Shown here piece by piece: positions 45,341-59,500 of a stretch of DNA of 64,000 nucleotides (its first letter is position 1; each line of letters opens with the position of its first letter). Under the pieces are notes generated by a model. That model did not search any database, was not told the DNA's origin, and worked only from the letters and a program-made list of their open reading frames with translations. The translations under genes and the position numbers were made by a program. Source of the DNA: Eledone cirrhosa (Eukaryota); contig OZ024743.1 of NCBI GenBank assembly GCA_964016885.1, positions 236,468,001 to 236,532,000 on the forward strand, given 5' to 3'.

Positions 45341-48300
45341 TATGTTCCTTCAGTCAATCTCCTATACTACATGTTGTATGTTCCTTCAGTCAATCTCCTA
45401 TACTACTGGTTGTATGTTCCTTCAGTCAATCTCCTATACTACTGGTTGTATGTTCCTTCAGTCAATCTCCTATACTACTGGTTGTATATTCCTTCAGTCA
45501 ATCTCCTATACTACAGGTTGTATGTTCCTTCAGTCAATCTCCTATACTACTGGTTGTATGTTCCGTCAGTCAATCTCCTATACTACGGATTGTATGTTCC
45601 TTCAGTCAATCCCCAATACTACTGGTTGTATGTTCCTTCAGTCAATCACCTATACAACTGGTTGTATATTCCTTCAGTCAATCTCCTATACTACTGGTTG
45701 TATGTTCCTTCAGTCAATCTCCTATACTACAGGTTGTATATTCCTTCAGTCAATCTCCTATACTACAGGTTGTATGTTCCTTCAGTCAATCTCCTATACT
45801 ACAGGTTGTATATTCCTTCAGTCAATCTCCTATACTACAGGTTGTATGTTCCTTCAGTCAATCTCATATACTACTGGTCGTATATTCCTTCAGTCAATCT
45901 CCTATACTACAGGTTGTATATTCCTTCAGTCAATCTCCTATACTACAGGCTGTATGTTCCTTCAGTCAATCTCCTATACTACTGGTTGTATATTCCTTCA
46001 GTTAATCTCCTATACTACTGGTTGGATGTTCCTTCAGTCAATCTCCTATACTACTGGTGGTATGTTCCTTCAGTCAATCTCCTATACTACTGGTTGTATA
46101 TTCCTTCAGTCAATCTGCTATACTACAGGTTGTATATTCCTTCAGTTAATCTCCTATACTACTGGTTGTAGGTTCCTTCAGTTAATCTCCTATACTACTG
46201 GTTGTATGTTCCTTCAGTCAATCTCCTATACTACAGGTTGAATATTCCTTCAGTCAATCTCCTATACTACTGGTTGTATGTTCTTTCAGTCAATCTCCTA
46301 TACTACGGATTGTATGTTCCTTCAGTCAATCTCCTATACTACTGGTTGTATGTTCCTTCAGTCAATCTCCTATACTACGGATTGTATGTTCCTTCAGTCA
46401 ATCTCCTATACTACTGGTTGTATGTTCCTTCAGTCAATCTCCTATACTACTGGTTGTATGTTCCTTCAGTCAATCTCCTATACTACGGATTGTATGTTCC
46501 TTCAGTCAATCTCCTATACTACTGGTTGTATGTTCCTTCAGTCAATCTCCTATACTACGGATTGTATATTCCTTCAGTCAATCTCCTATACTACAGGTTG
46601 TATGTTCCTTCAGTCAATCTCCTATACTACTGGTTGTATATTCCTTCAGTCAATCTCCTATACTACTGGTTGTATGTTCCTTCAGTCAATCTCCTATACT
46701 ACGGATTGTATGTTCCTTCAGTCAATCTCCTATACTACTGGTTGTATATTCCTACAATCAATCTCCTATACTACTGGTTGTATGTTCCTTCAGTCAATCT
46801 CCTATACTACAGGTTGTATGTACCTTCAGTCAATCTCCTATACTACGGGTTGTATGTTCCTTCAGTCAATCTCCTATACTACTGGTTGTATGTTCCTTCA
46901 GTAAATCTCCTATACTACGGGTTGTATGTTCCTTCAGTCAATCTCCTATACTACGGGTTGTATGTTCCTTCAGTCAATCTCCTATACTACGGGTTGTAAG
47001 TTCCTTCAGTCAATCTCCTATACTACGGGTTGTATGTTCCTTCAGTCAATCTCCTATACTACTGGTTGTATGTTCCTTCAGTCAATCTCCTATACTACGG
47101 ATTGTATGTTCCTTCAGTCAATCTCCTATACTACTGGTTGTATGTTCCTTCAGTCAATCTCCTATACTACTGGTTGTATGTTCCTTCAATCAATCTCCTA
47201 TACTACAGGTTGTATGTACCTTCAGTCAATCTCCTATACTACGGGTTGTATGTTCCTTCAGTCAATCTCCTATACTACTGGTTGTATGTTCCTTCAGTCA
47301 ATCTCCTATACTACGGGTTGTATGTTCCTTCAGTCAATCTCCTATACTACGGGTTGTATGTTCCTTCAGTCAATCTCCTATACTACGGGTTGTATGTTCC
47401 TTCAGTCAATCTCCTATACTACGGGTTGTATGTTCCTTCAGTCAATCTCCTATACTACGGGTTGTATGTTCCTTCAGTCAATCTCCTATTATACGGGTTG
47501 TATGTTCCTTCAGTCAATCTCCTATACTACTGGTTGTATGTTCCTTCAGTCAATCTCCTATACTACGGGTTGTATGTTCCTTCAGACAATCTCCTATACT
47601 ACGGGTTGTATGTTCCTTCAGTCAATCTCGTATACTACAGGTTGTATGTTCCTTCAGTCAATCTCCTATACTACTGGTTGTATGTTCCTTCAGTCAATCT
47701 CCTATACTACTGGTTGTATGTTCCTTCAGTCAATCTCCTATACTACAGGTTGTATGTTCCTTCAGTCAATCTCTTATAAAACTGGTTGTATGTTCCTTCA
47801 GTCAATCTCCTATACTACTGGTTGTATGTTGCTTCAGTCAATATTCTATACTACTGGTTGTATGTTCCTTCAGTCAATCTCCTATAATACTGGTTGTATG
47901 TTCCTTCAGTCAATCTCCTATACTACTGGTTGTATATTCCTTCAGTTAATCTACTATACTACGTGTTGTATATTCCTTCAGTCAATCTCCTATACTACTG
48001 GTTGTATATTCCTTCAGTCAATCTCCTATACTATAGGTTGTATGTTCCTTCAGTCAATCTCCTATACTACAGGTTGTATGTACCTTCAGTCAATCTCCTA
48101 TACTACGGGTTGTATGTTCCTTCAGTCAATCTCCTATACTACTGGTTGTATGTTCCTTCAGTCAATCTCCTATACTACGGGTTGCATGTACCTTCAGTCA
48201 ATCTCCTATACTACGGGTTGTATGTTCTTTCAGTCAATCTCCTATACTACTGGTTGTATGTTCCTTCAGTCAATCTCCTATACTACAGGTTGTATATTCC

Positions 48301-49859
48301 TTCAGTCAATCTCCTATACTACAGGTTGTATGTTCCTTCAGTCAATCTCCTATACTACAGGTTGTATATTCCTTCAGTCAATCTCCTATACTACAGGTTG
48401 TATGTTCCTTCAGTCAATCTCATATACTACTGGTCGTATATTCCTTCAGTCAATCTCCTATACTACAGGTTGTATATTCCTTCAGTCAATCTCCTATACT
48501 ACAGGCTGTATGTTCCTTCAGTCAATCTCCTATACTACTGGTTGTATATTCCTTCAGTCAATCTCCTATACTACAGGTTGTATCTTCCTTCAGTCAATCT
48601 CCTATACTACAGGCTGTATGTTCCTTCAGTCAATCTCCTATACTACTGGTTGTATATTCCTTCAGTCAATCTCCTATACTACAGGTTGTATGTTCCTTCA
48701 GTCAATCTCCTATACTACTGGTTGTATATTCCTTCAGTCAATCTCCTATACTACAGGTTGTATATTCCTTCAGTTAATCTCCTATACTACTGGTTGTAGG
48801 TTCCTTCAGTTAATCTCCTATACTACTGGTTGTATGTTCCTTCAGTCAATCTCCTATACTACAGGTTGAATATTCCTTCAGTCAATCTCCTTTACTACTG
48901 GTTGTATGTTCCTTCAGTCAATCTCCTATACTACGGATTGTATGTTCCTTCAGTCAATCTCCTATACTACTGGTTGTATGTTCCTTCAGTCAATCTCCTA
49001 TACTACGGATTGTATGTTCCTTCAATCAATCTCCTATACTACTGGTTGTATGTTCCTTCAGTCAATCTCCTATACTACTGGTTGTATGTTCCTTCAGTCA
49101 ATCTCCTATACTACGGATTGTATGTTCCTTCAGTCAATCTCCTATACTACTGGTTGTATGTTCCTTCAGTCAATCTCCTATACTACGGATTGTATATTCC
49201 TTCAGTCAATCTCCTATACTACAGGTTGTATGTTCCTTCAGTCAATCTCCTATACTACTGGTTGTATATTCCTTCAGTCAATCTCCTATACTACTGGTTG
49301 TATGTTCCTTCAGTCAATCTCCTATACTACGGATTGTATGTTCCTTCAGTCAATCTCCTATACTACTGGTTGTATATTCCTACAATCAATCTCCTATACT
49401 ACTGGTTGTATGTTCCTTCAGTCAATCTCCTATACTACAGGTTGTATGTACCTTCAGTCAATCTCCTATACTACGGGTTGTATGTTCCTTCAGTCAATCT
49501 CCTATACTACTGGTTGTATGTTCCTTCAGTAAATCTCCTATACTACGGGTTGTATGTTCCTTCAGTCAATCTCCTATACTACGGGTTGTATGTTCCTTCA
49601 GTCAATCTCCTATACTACGGGTTGTAAGTTACTTCAGTCAATCTCCTATACTACGGGTTGTATGTTCCTTCAGTCAATCTCCTATACTACTGGTTGTATG
49701 TTCCTTCAGTCAATCTCCTATACTACGGATTGTATGTTCCTTCAGTCAATCTCCTATACTACTGGTTGTATGTTCCTTCAGTCAATCTCCTATACTACTG
49801 GTTGTATGTTCCTTCAATCAATCTCCTATACTACAGGTTGTATGTACCTTCAGTCAATC

Positions 49860-52800
49860 TCCTATACTACGGGTTGTATGTTCCTTCAGTCAATCTCCTA
49901 TACTACTGGTTGTATGTTCCTTCAGTCAATCTCCTATACTACGGGTTGTATGTTCCTTCAGTCAATCTCCTATACTACGGGTTGTATGTTCCTTCAGTCA
50001 ATCTCCTATACTACGGGTTGTATGTTCCTTCAGTCAATCTCCTATACTACGGGTTGTATGTTCCTTCAGTCAATCTCCTATACTACGGGTTGTATGTTCC
50101 TTCAGTCAATCTCCTATTATACGGGTTGTATGTTCCTTCAGTCAATCTCCTATACTACTGGTTGTATGTTCCTTCAGTCAATCTCCTATACTACGGGTTG
50201 TATGTTCCTTCAGTCAATCTCCTATACTACGGGTTGTATGTTCCTTCAGTCAATCTCGTATACTACATGTTGTATGTTCCTTCAGTCAATCTCCTATACT
50301 ACTGGTTGTATGTTCCTTCAGTCAATCTCCTATACTACAGGTTGTATGTTCCTTCAGTCAATCTCCTATACTACTGGTTGTATATTCCTTCAGTCAATCT
50401 CCTATACTACAGGTTGTATGTTCCTTCAGTCAATCTCCTATACTACTGGTTGTATGTTCCTTCAGTCAATCTCCTATACTACGGGTTGTATGTTCCTTCA
50501 GTCAATCTCCTATACTACAGGTTGTATGTTCCTTCAGTCAATCCCCTATACTACTGGTTGGATATTCCTTCAGTCAATCCCCTATACTACTGGTTGTATA
50601 TTCCTTCAGTCAATCTCCTATACTACTGGTTGTATGTTCCTTCAGTCAATCTCCTATACTACAGGTTGTATGTTCCTTCAGTCAATCTCTTATAAAACTG
50701 GTTGTATGTTCCTTCAGTCAATCTCCTATACTACTGGTTGTATGTTGCTTCAGTCAATATCCTATACTACTGGTTGTATGTTCCTTCAGTCAATCTCCTA
50801 TAATACTGGTTGTATGTTCCTTCAGTCAATCTCCTATACTACTGGTTGTATGTTGCTTCAGTCAATATCCTATACTACGGGTTGTATGTTCCTTCAGTCA
50901 ATCTCCTATACTACTGGTTGTATGTTCCTTCAGTAAATCTCCTATACTACGGGTTGTATGTTCCTTCAGTCAATCTCCTATACTACGGGTTGTATGTTCC
51001 TTCAGTCAATCTCCTATACTACGGGTTGTAAGTTCCTTCAGTCAATCTCCTATACTACGGGTTGTATGTTCCTTCAGTCAATCTCCTATACTACTGGTTG
51101 TATGTTCCTTCAGTCAATCTCCTATACTACGGATTGTATGTTCATTCAGTCAATCTCCTATACTACTGGTTGTATGTTCCTTCAGTCAATCTCCTATACT
51201 ACTGGTTGTATGTTCCTTCAATCAATCTCCTATACTACAGGTTGTATGTACCTTCAGTCAATCTCCTATACTACGGGTTGTATGTTCCTTCAGTCAATCT
51301 CCTATACTACTGGTTGTATGTTCCTTCAGTCAATCTCCTATACTACTGGTTGTATGTTGCTTCAGTCAATATCCTATACTACTGGTTGTATGTTCCTTCA
51401 GTCAATCTCCTATAATACTGGTTGTATGTTCCTTCAGTCAATCTCCTATACTACTGGTTGTATGTTGCTTCAGTCAATATCCTATACTACGGGTTGTATG
51501 TTCCTTCAGTCAATCTCCTATACTACTGGTTGTATGTTCCTTCAGTAAATCTCCTATACTACGGATTGTATGTTCCTTCAGTCAATCTCCTATACTACTG
51601 GTTGTATGTTCCTTCAGTCAATCTCCTATACTACGGATTGTATGTTCCTTCAATCAATCTCCTATACTACTGGTTGTATGTTCCTTCAGTCAATCTCCTA
51701 TACTACTGGTTGTATGTTCCTTCAGTCAATCTCCTATACTACGGATTGTATGTTCCTTCAGTCAATCTCCTATACTACTGGTTGTATGTTCCTTCAGTCA
51801 ATCTCCTATACTACGGATTGTATATTCCTTCAGTCAATCTCCTATACTACAGGTTGTATGTTCCTTCAGTCAATCTCCTATACTACTGGTTGTATATTCC
51901 TTCAGTCAATCTCCTATACTACTGGTTGTATGTTCCTTCAGTCAATCTCCTATACTACGGATTGTATGTTCCTTCAGTCAATCTCCTATACTACTGGTTG
52001 TATATTCCTACAATCAATCTCCTATACTACTGGTTGTATGTTCCTTCAGTCAATCTCCTATACTACAGGTTGTATGTACCTTCAGTCAATCTCCTATACT
52101 ACGGGTTGTATGTTCCTTCAGTCAATCTCCTATACTACTGGTTGTATGTTCCTTCAGTAAATCTCCTATACTACGGGTTGTATGTTCCTTCAGTCAATCT
52201 CCTATACTACTGGTTGTATGTTCCTTCAGTCAATCTCCTATACTACGGGTTGTATGTTCCTTCAGTCAATCTCCTATACTACGGGTTGTATGTTCCTTCA
52301 GTCAATCTCCTATACTACGGGTTGTATGTTCCTTCAGTCAATCTCCTATACTACGGGTTGTATGTTCCTTCAGTCAATCTCCTATACTACGGGTTGTATG
52401 TTCCTTCAGTCAATCTCCTATTATACGGGTTGTATGTTCCTTCAGTCAATCTCCTATACTACTGGTTGTATGTTCCTTCAGTCAATCTCCTATACTACGG
52501 GTTGTATGTTCCTTCAGTCAATCTCCTATACTACGGGTTGTATGTTCCTTCAGTCAATCTCGTATACTACATGTTGTATGTTCCTTCAGTCAATCTCCTA
52601 TACTACTGGTTGTATGTTCCTTCAGTCAATCTCTTATACTACAGGTTGTATGTTCCTTCAGTCAATCTCCTATACTACTGGTTGTATATTCCTTCAGTCA
52701 ATCTCCTATACTACAGGTTGTATGTTCCTTCAGTCAATCTCCTATACTACTGGTTGTATGTTCCTTCAGTCAATCTCCTATACTACGGGTTGTATGTTCC

Positions 52801-53640
52801 TTCAGTCAATCTCCTATACTACAGGTTGTATGTTCCTTCAGTCAATCCCCTATACTACTGGTTGGATATTCCTTCAGTCAATCCCCTATACTACTGGTTG
52901 TATATTCCTTCAGTCAATCTCCTATACTACTGGTTGTATGTTCCTTCAGTCAATCTCCTATACTACAGGTTGTATGTTCCTTCAGTCAATCTCTTATAAA
53001 ACTGGTTGTATGTTCCTTCAGTCAATCTCCTATACTACTGGTTGTATGTTGCTTCAGTCAATATCCTATACTACTGGTTGTATGTTCCTTCAGTCAATCT
53101 CCTATAATACTGGTTGTATGTTCCTTCAGTCAATCTCCTATACTACTGGTTGTATGTTGCTTCAGTCAATATCCTATACTACGGGTTGTATGTTCCTTCA
53201 GTCAATCTCCTATACTACTGGTTGTATGTTCCTTCAGTAAATCTCCTATACTACGGGTTGTATGTTCCTTCAGTCAATCTCCTATACTACGGGTTGTATG
53301 TTCCTTCAGTCAATCTCCTATACTACGGGTTGTAAGTTCCTTCAGTCAATCTCCTATACTACGGGTTGTATGTTCCTTCAGTCAATCTCCTATACTACTG
53401 GTTGTATGTTCCTTCAGTCAATCTCCTATACTACGGATTGTATGTTCATTCAGTCAATCTCCTATACTACTGGTTGTATGTTCCTTCAGTCAATCTCCTA
53501 TACTACTGGTTGTATGTTCCTTCAATCAATCTCCTATACTACAGGTTGTATGTACCTTCAGTCAATCTCCTATACTACGGGTTGTATGTTCCTTCAGTCA
53601 ATCTCCTATACTACTGGTTGTATGTTCCTTCAGTCAATCT
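49860..53640. repeat. Duplication at offset 2304 bp (64 monomers): about 49860-51330 recurs at about 52170-53640
   Basis: CTCGTATACTACATG, GTTGGATATT, stops at 50695 and 52999 and at 50936 and 53240, and TTCATTCAG at about 51141 and 53445 all recur at +2304. Confidence 0.85.
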
Positions 53641-56529
53641 CCTATACTACGGGTTGTATGTTCCTTCAGTCAATCTCCTATACTACGGGTTGTATGTTCC
53701 TTCAGTCAATCTCCTATACTACGGGTTGTATGTTCCTTCAGTCAATCTCCTATACTACGGGTTGTATGTTCCTTCAGTCAATCTCCTATACTACGGGTTG
53801 TATGTTCCTTCAGTCAATCTCCTATTATACGGGTTGTATGTTCCTTCAGTAAATCTCCTATACTACTGGTTGTATGTTCCTTCAGTCAATCTCCTATACT
53901 ACGGGTTGTATGTTCCTTCAGACAATCTCCTATACTACGGGTTGTATGTTCCTTCAGTCAATCTGGTATACTACAGGTTGTATGTTCCTTCAGTCAATCT
54001 CCTATACTACTGGTTGTATGTTCCTTCAGTCAATCTCCTATACTACAGGTTGTATGTTCCTTCAGTCAATCTCCTATACTACTGGTTGTATATTCCTTCA
54101 GTCAATCTCCTATACTACAGGTTGTATGTTCCTTCAGTCAATCTCCTATACTACTGGTTGTATGTTCCTTCAGTCAATCTCCTATACTACGGGTTGTATG
54201 TTCCTTCAGTCAATCTCCTATACTACAGGTTGTATGTTCCTTCAGTCAATCCCCTATACTACTGGTTGGATATTCCTTCAGTCAATCCCCTATACTACTG
54301 GTTGTATATTCCTTCAGTCAATCTCCTATACTACTGGTTGTATGTTCCTTCAGTCAATCTCCTATACTACAGGTTGTATGTTCCTTCAGTCAATCTCTTA
54401 TAAAACTGGTTGTATGTTCCTTCAGTCAATCTCCTATACTACTGGTTGTATGTTGCTTCAGTCAATATTCTATACTACTGGTTGTATGTTCCTTCAGTCA
54501 ATCTCCTATAATACTGGTTGTATGTTCCTTCAGTCAATCTCCTATACTACTGGTTGTATATTCCTTCAGTTAATCTACTATACTACGTGTTGTATATTCC
54601 TTCAGTCAATCTCCTATACTACTGGTTGTATATTCCTTCAGTCAATCTCCTATACTACTGGTTGTATGTTCCTTCAGTCAATCTCCTATACTACAGGTTG
54701 TATGTACCTTCAGTCAATCTCCTATACTACGGGTTGTATGTTCCTTCAGTCAATCTCCTATACTACTGGTTGTATGTTCCTTCAGTCAATCTCCTATACT
54801 ACGGGTTGCATGTACCTTCAGTCAATCTCCTATACTACGGGTTGTATGTTCTTTCAGTCAATCTCCTATACTACTGGTTGTATGTTCCTTCAGTCAATCT
54901 CCTATACTACAGGTTGTATATTCCTTCAGTCAATCTCCTATACTACAGGTTGTATGTTCCTTCAGTCAATCTCCTATACTACAGGTTGTATATTCCTTCA
55001 GTCAATCTCCTATACTACAGGTTGTATGTTCCTTCAGTCAATCTCATATACTACTGGTCGTATATTGCTTCAGTCAATCTCCTATACTACAGGTTGTATA
55101 TTCCTTCAGTCAATCTCCTATACTACAGGCTGTATGTTCCTTCAGTCAATCTCCTATACTACTGGTTGTATATTCCTTCAGTCAATCTCCTATACTACAG
55201 GTTGTATCTTCCTTCAGTCAATCTCCTATATTACAGGCTGTATGTTCCTTCAGTCAATCTCCTATACTACTGGTTGTATATTCCTTCAGTCAATCTCCTA
55301 TACTACAGGTTGTATGTTCCTTCAGTCAATCTCATATACTACTGGTCGTATATTCCTTCAGTCAATCTCCTATACTACAGGTTGTATATTCCTTCAGTCA
55401 ATCTCCTATACTACAGGCTGTATGTTCCTTCAGTCAATCTCCTATACTACTGGTTGTATATTCCTTCAGTTAATCTCCTATACTACTGGTTGTATGTTCC
55501 TTCAGTCAATCTCCTATACTACTGGTGGTATGTTCCTTCAGTCAATCTCCTATACTACTGGTTGTATATTCCTTCAGTCAATCTCCTATACTACAGGTTG
55601 TATATTCCTTCAGTTAATCTCCTATACTACTGGTTGTAGGTTCCTTCAGTTAATCTCCTATACTACTGGTTGTATGTTCCTTCAGTCAATCTCCTATACT
55701 ACAGGTTGAATATTCCTTCAGTCAATCTCCTTTACTACTGGTTGTATGTTCCTTCAGTCAATCTCCTATACTACGGATTGTATGTTCCTTCAGTCAATCT
55801 CCTATACTACTGGTTGTATGTTCCTTCAGTCAATCTCCTATACTACGGATTGTATGTTCCTTCAATTAATCTCCTATACTACTGGTTGTATGTTCCTTCA
55901 GTCAATCTCCTATACTACTGGTTGTATGTTCCTTCAGTCAATCTCCTATACTACGGATTGTATGTTCCTTCAGTCAATCTCTTATACTACTGGTTGTATG
56001 TTCCTTCAGTCAATCTCCTATACTACGGATCGTATATTCCTTCAGTCAATCTCCTATACTACAGGTTGTATGTTCCTTCAGTCAATCTCCTATACTACTG
56101 GTTGTATATTCCTTCAGTCAATCTCCTATACTACTGGTTGTATGTTCCTTCAGTCAATCTCCTATACTACGGATTGTATGTTCCTTCAGTCAATCTCCTA
56201 TACTACTGGTTGTATATTCCTACAATCAATCTCCTATACTACTGGTTGTATGTTCCTTCAGTCAATCTCCTATACTACAGGTTGTATGTACCTTCAGTCA
56301 ATCTCCTATACTACGGGTTGTATGTTCCTTCAGTCAATCTCCTATACTACTGGTTGTATGTTCCTTCAGTAAATCTCCTATACTACGGGTTGTATGTTCC
56401 TTCAGTCAATCTCCTATACTACGGGTTGTATGTTCCTTCAGTCAATCTCCTATACTACGGGTTGTAAGTTCCTTCAGTCAATCTCCTATACTACGGGTTG
56501 TATGTTCCTTCAGTCAATCTCCTATACTA

Positions 56530-59500
56530 CTGGTTGTATGTTCCTTCAGTCAATCTCCTATACTACGGATTGTATGTTCCTTCAGTCAATCTCCTATACT
56601 ACTGGTTGTATGTTCCTTCAGTCAATCTCCTATACTACTGGTTGTATGTTCCTTCAATCAATCTCCTATACTACAGGTTGTATGTACCTTCAGTCAATCT
56701 CCTATACTACGGGTTGTATGTTCCTTCAGTCAATCTCCTATACTACTGGTTGTATGTTCCTTCAGTCAATCTCCTATACTACGGGTTGTATGTTCCTTCA
56801 GTCAATCTCCTATACTACGGGTTGTATGTTCCTTCAGTCAATCTCCTATACTACGGGTTGTATGTTCCTTCAGTCAATCTCCTATACTACGGGTTGTATG
56901 TTCCTTCAGTCAATCTCCTATACTACGGGTTGTATGTTCCTTCAGTCAATCTCCTATTATACGGGTTGTATGTTCCTTCAGTCAATCTCCTATACTACTG
57001 GTTGTATGTTCCTTCAGTCACTCTCCTATACTACGGGTTGTATGTTCCTTCAGTCAATCTCCTATACTACGGGTTGTATGTTCCTTCAGTCAATCTCGTA
57101 TACTACATGTTGTATGTTCCTTCAGTCAATCTCCTATACTACTGGTTGTATGTTCCTTCAGTCAATCTCCTATACTACAGGTTGTATGTTCCTTCAGTCA
57201 ATCTCCTATACTACTGTTTGTATATTCCTTCAGTCAATCTCCTATACTACAGGTTGTATGTTCCTTCAGTCAATCTCCTATACTACTGGTTGTATGTTCC
57301 TTCAGTCAATCTCCTATACTACGGGTTGTATGTTCCTTCAGTCAATCTCCTATACTACAGGTTGTATGTTCCTTCAGTCAATCCCCTATACTACTGGTTG
57401 GATATTCCTTCAGTCAATCCCCTATACTACTGGTTGTATATTCCTTCAGTCAATCTCCTATACTACTGGTTGTATGTTCCTTCAGTCAATCTCCTATACT
57501 ACAGGTTGTATGTTCCTTCAGTCAATCTCTTATAAAACTGGTTGTATGTTCCTTCAGTCAATCTCCTATACTACTGGTTGTATGTTGCTTCAGTCAATAT
57601 CCTATACTACTGGTTGTATGTTCCTTCAGTCAATCTCCTATAATACTGGTTGTATGTTCCTTCAGTCAATCTCCTATACTACTGGTTGTATATTCCTTCA
57701 GTTAATCTACTATACTACGTGTTGTATATTCCTTCAGTCAATCTCCTATACTACTGGTTGTATATTCCTTCAGTCAATCTCCTATACTACAGGTTGTATG
57801 TTCCTTCAGTCAATCTCTTATAAAACTGGTTGTATGTTCCTTCAGTCAATCTCCTATACTACTGGTTGTATGTTGCTTCAGTCAATATTCTATACTACTG
57901 GTTGTATGTTCCTTCAGTCAATCTCCTATAATACTGGTTGTATGTTCCTTCAGTCAATCTCCTATACTACTGGTTGTATATTCCTTCAGTTAATCTACTA
58001 TACTACGTGTTGTATATTCCTTCAGTCAATCTCCTATACTACTGGTTGTATATTCCTTCAGTCAATCTCCTATACTACTGGTTGTATGTTCCTTCAGTCA
58101 ATCTCCTATACTACAGGTTGTATGTACCTTCAGTCAATCTCCTATACTACGGGTTGTATGTTCCTTCAGTCAATCTCCTATACTACTGGTTGTATGTTCC
58201 TTCAGTCAATCTCCTATACTACGGGTTGCATGTACCTTCAGTCAATCTCCTATACTACGGGTTGTATGTTCTTTCAGTCAATCTCCTATACTACTGGTTG
58301 TATGTTCCTTCAGTCAATCTCCTATACTACTGGTTGTATATTCCTTCAGTCAATCTCCTATACTACAGGTTGTATGTTCCTTCAGTCAATCTCCTATACT
58401 ACAGGTTGTATATTCCTTCAGTCAATCTCCTATACTACAGGTTGTATGTTCCTTCAGTCAATCTCATATACTACTGGTCGTATATTCCTTCAGTCAATCT
58501 CCTATACTACAGGTTGTATATTCCTTCAGTCAATCTCCTATACTACAGGCTGTATGTTCCTTCAGTCAATCTCCTATACTACTGGTTGTATATTCCTTCA
58601 GTCAATCTCCTATACTACAGGTTGTATCTTCCTTCAGTCAATCTCCTATATTACAGGCTGTATGTTCCTTCAGTCAATCTCCTATACTACTGGTTGTATA
58701 TTCCTTCAGTCAATCTCCTATACTACAGGTTGTATGTTCCTTCAGTCAATCTCATATACTACTGGTCGTATATTCCTTCAGTCAATCTCCTATACTACAG
58801 GTTGTATATTCCTTCAGTCAATCTCCTATACTACAGGCTGTATGTTCCTTCAGTCAATCTCCTATACTACTGGTTGTATATTCCTTCAGTTAATCTCCTA
58901 TACTACTGGTTGTATGTTCCTTCAGTCAATCTCCTATACTACTGGTGGTATGTTCCTTCAGTCAATCTCCTATACTACTGGTTGTATATTCCTTCAGTCA
59001 ATCTCCTATACTACAGGTTGTATATTCCTTCAGTTAATCTCCTATACTACTGGTTGTAGGTTCCTTCAGTTAATCTCCTATACTACTGGTTGTATGTTCC
59101 TTCAGTCAATCTCCTATACTACAGGTTGAATATTCCTTCAGTCAATCTCCTTTACTACTGGTTGTATGTTCCTTCAGTCAATCTCCTATACTACGGATTG
59201 TATGTTCCTTCAGTCAATCTCCTATACTACTGGTTGTATGTTCCTTCAGTCAATCTCCTATACTACGGATTGTATGTTCCTTCAGTCAATCTCCTATACT
59301 ACTGGTTGTATGTTCCTTCAGTCAATCTCCTATACTACTGGTTGTATGTTCCTTCAATCAATCTCCTATACTACAGGTTGTATGTACCTTCAGTCAATCT
59401 CCTATACTACGGGTTGTATGTTCCTTCAGTCAATCTCCTATACTACTGGTTGTATGTTCCTTCAGTCAATCTCCTATACTACGGGTTGTATGTTCCTTCA

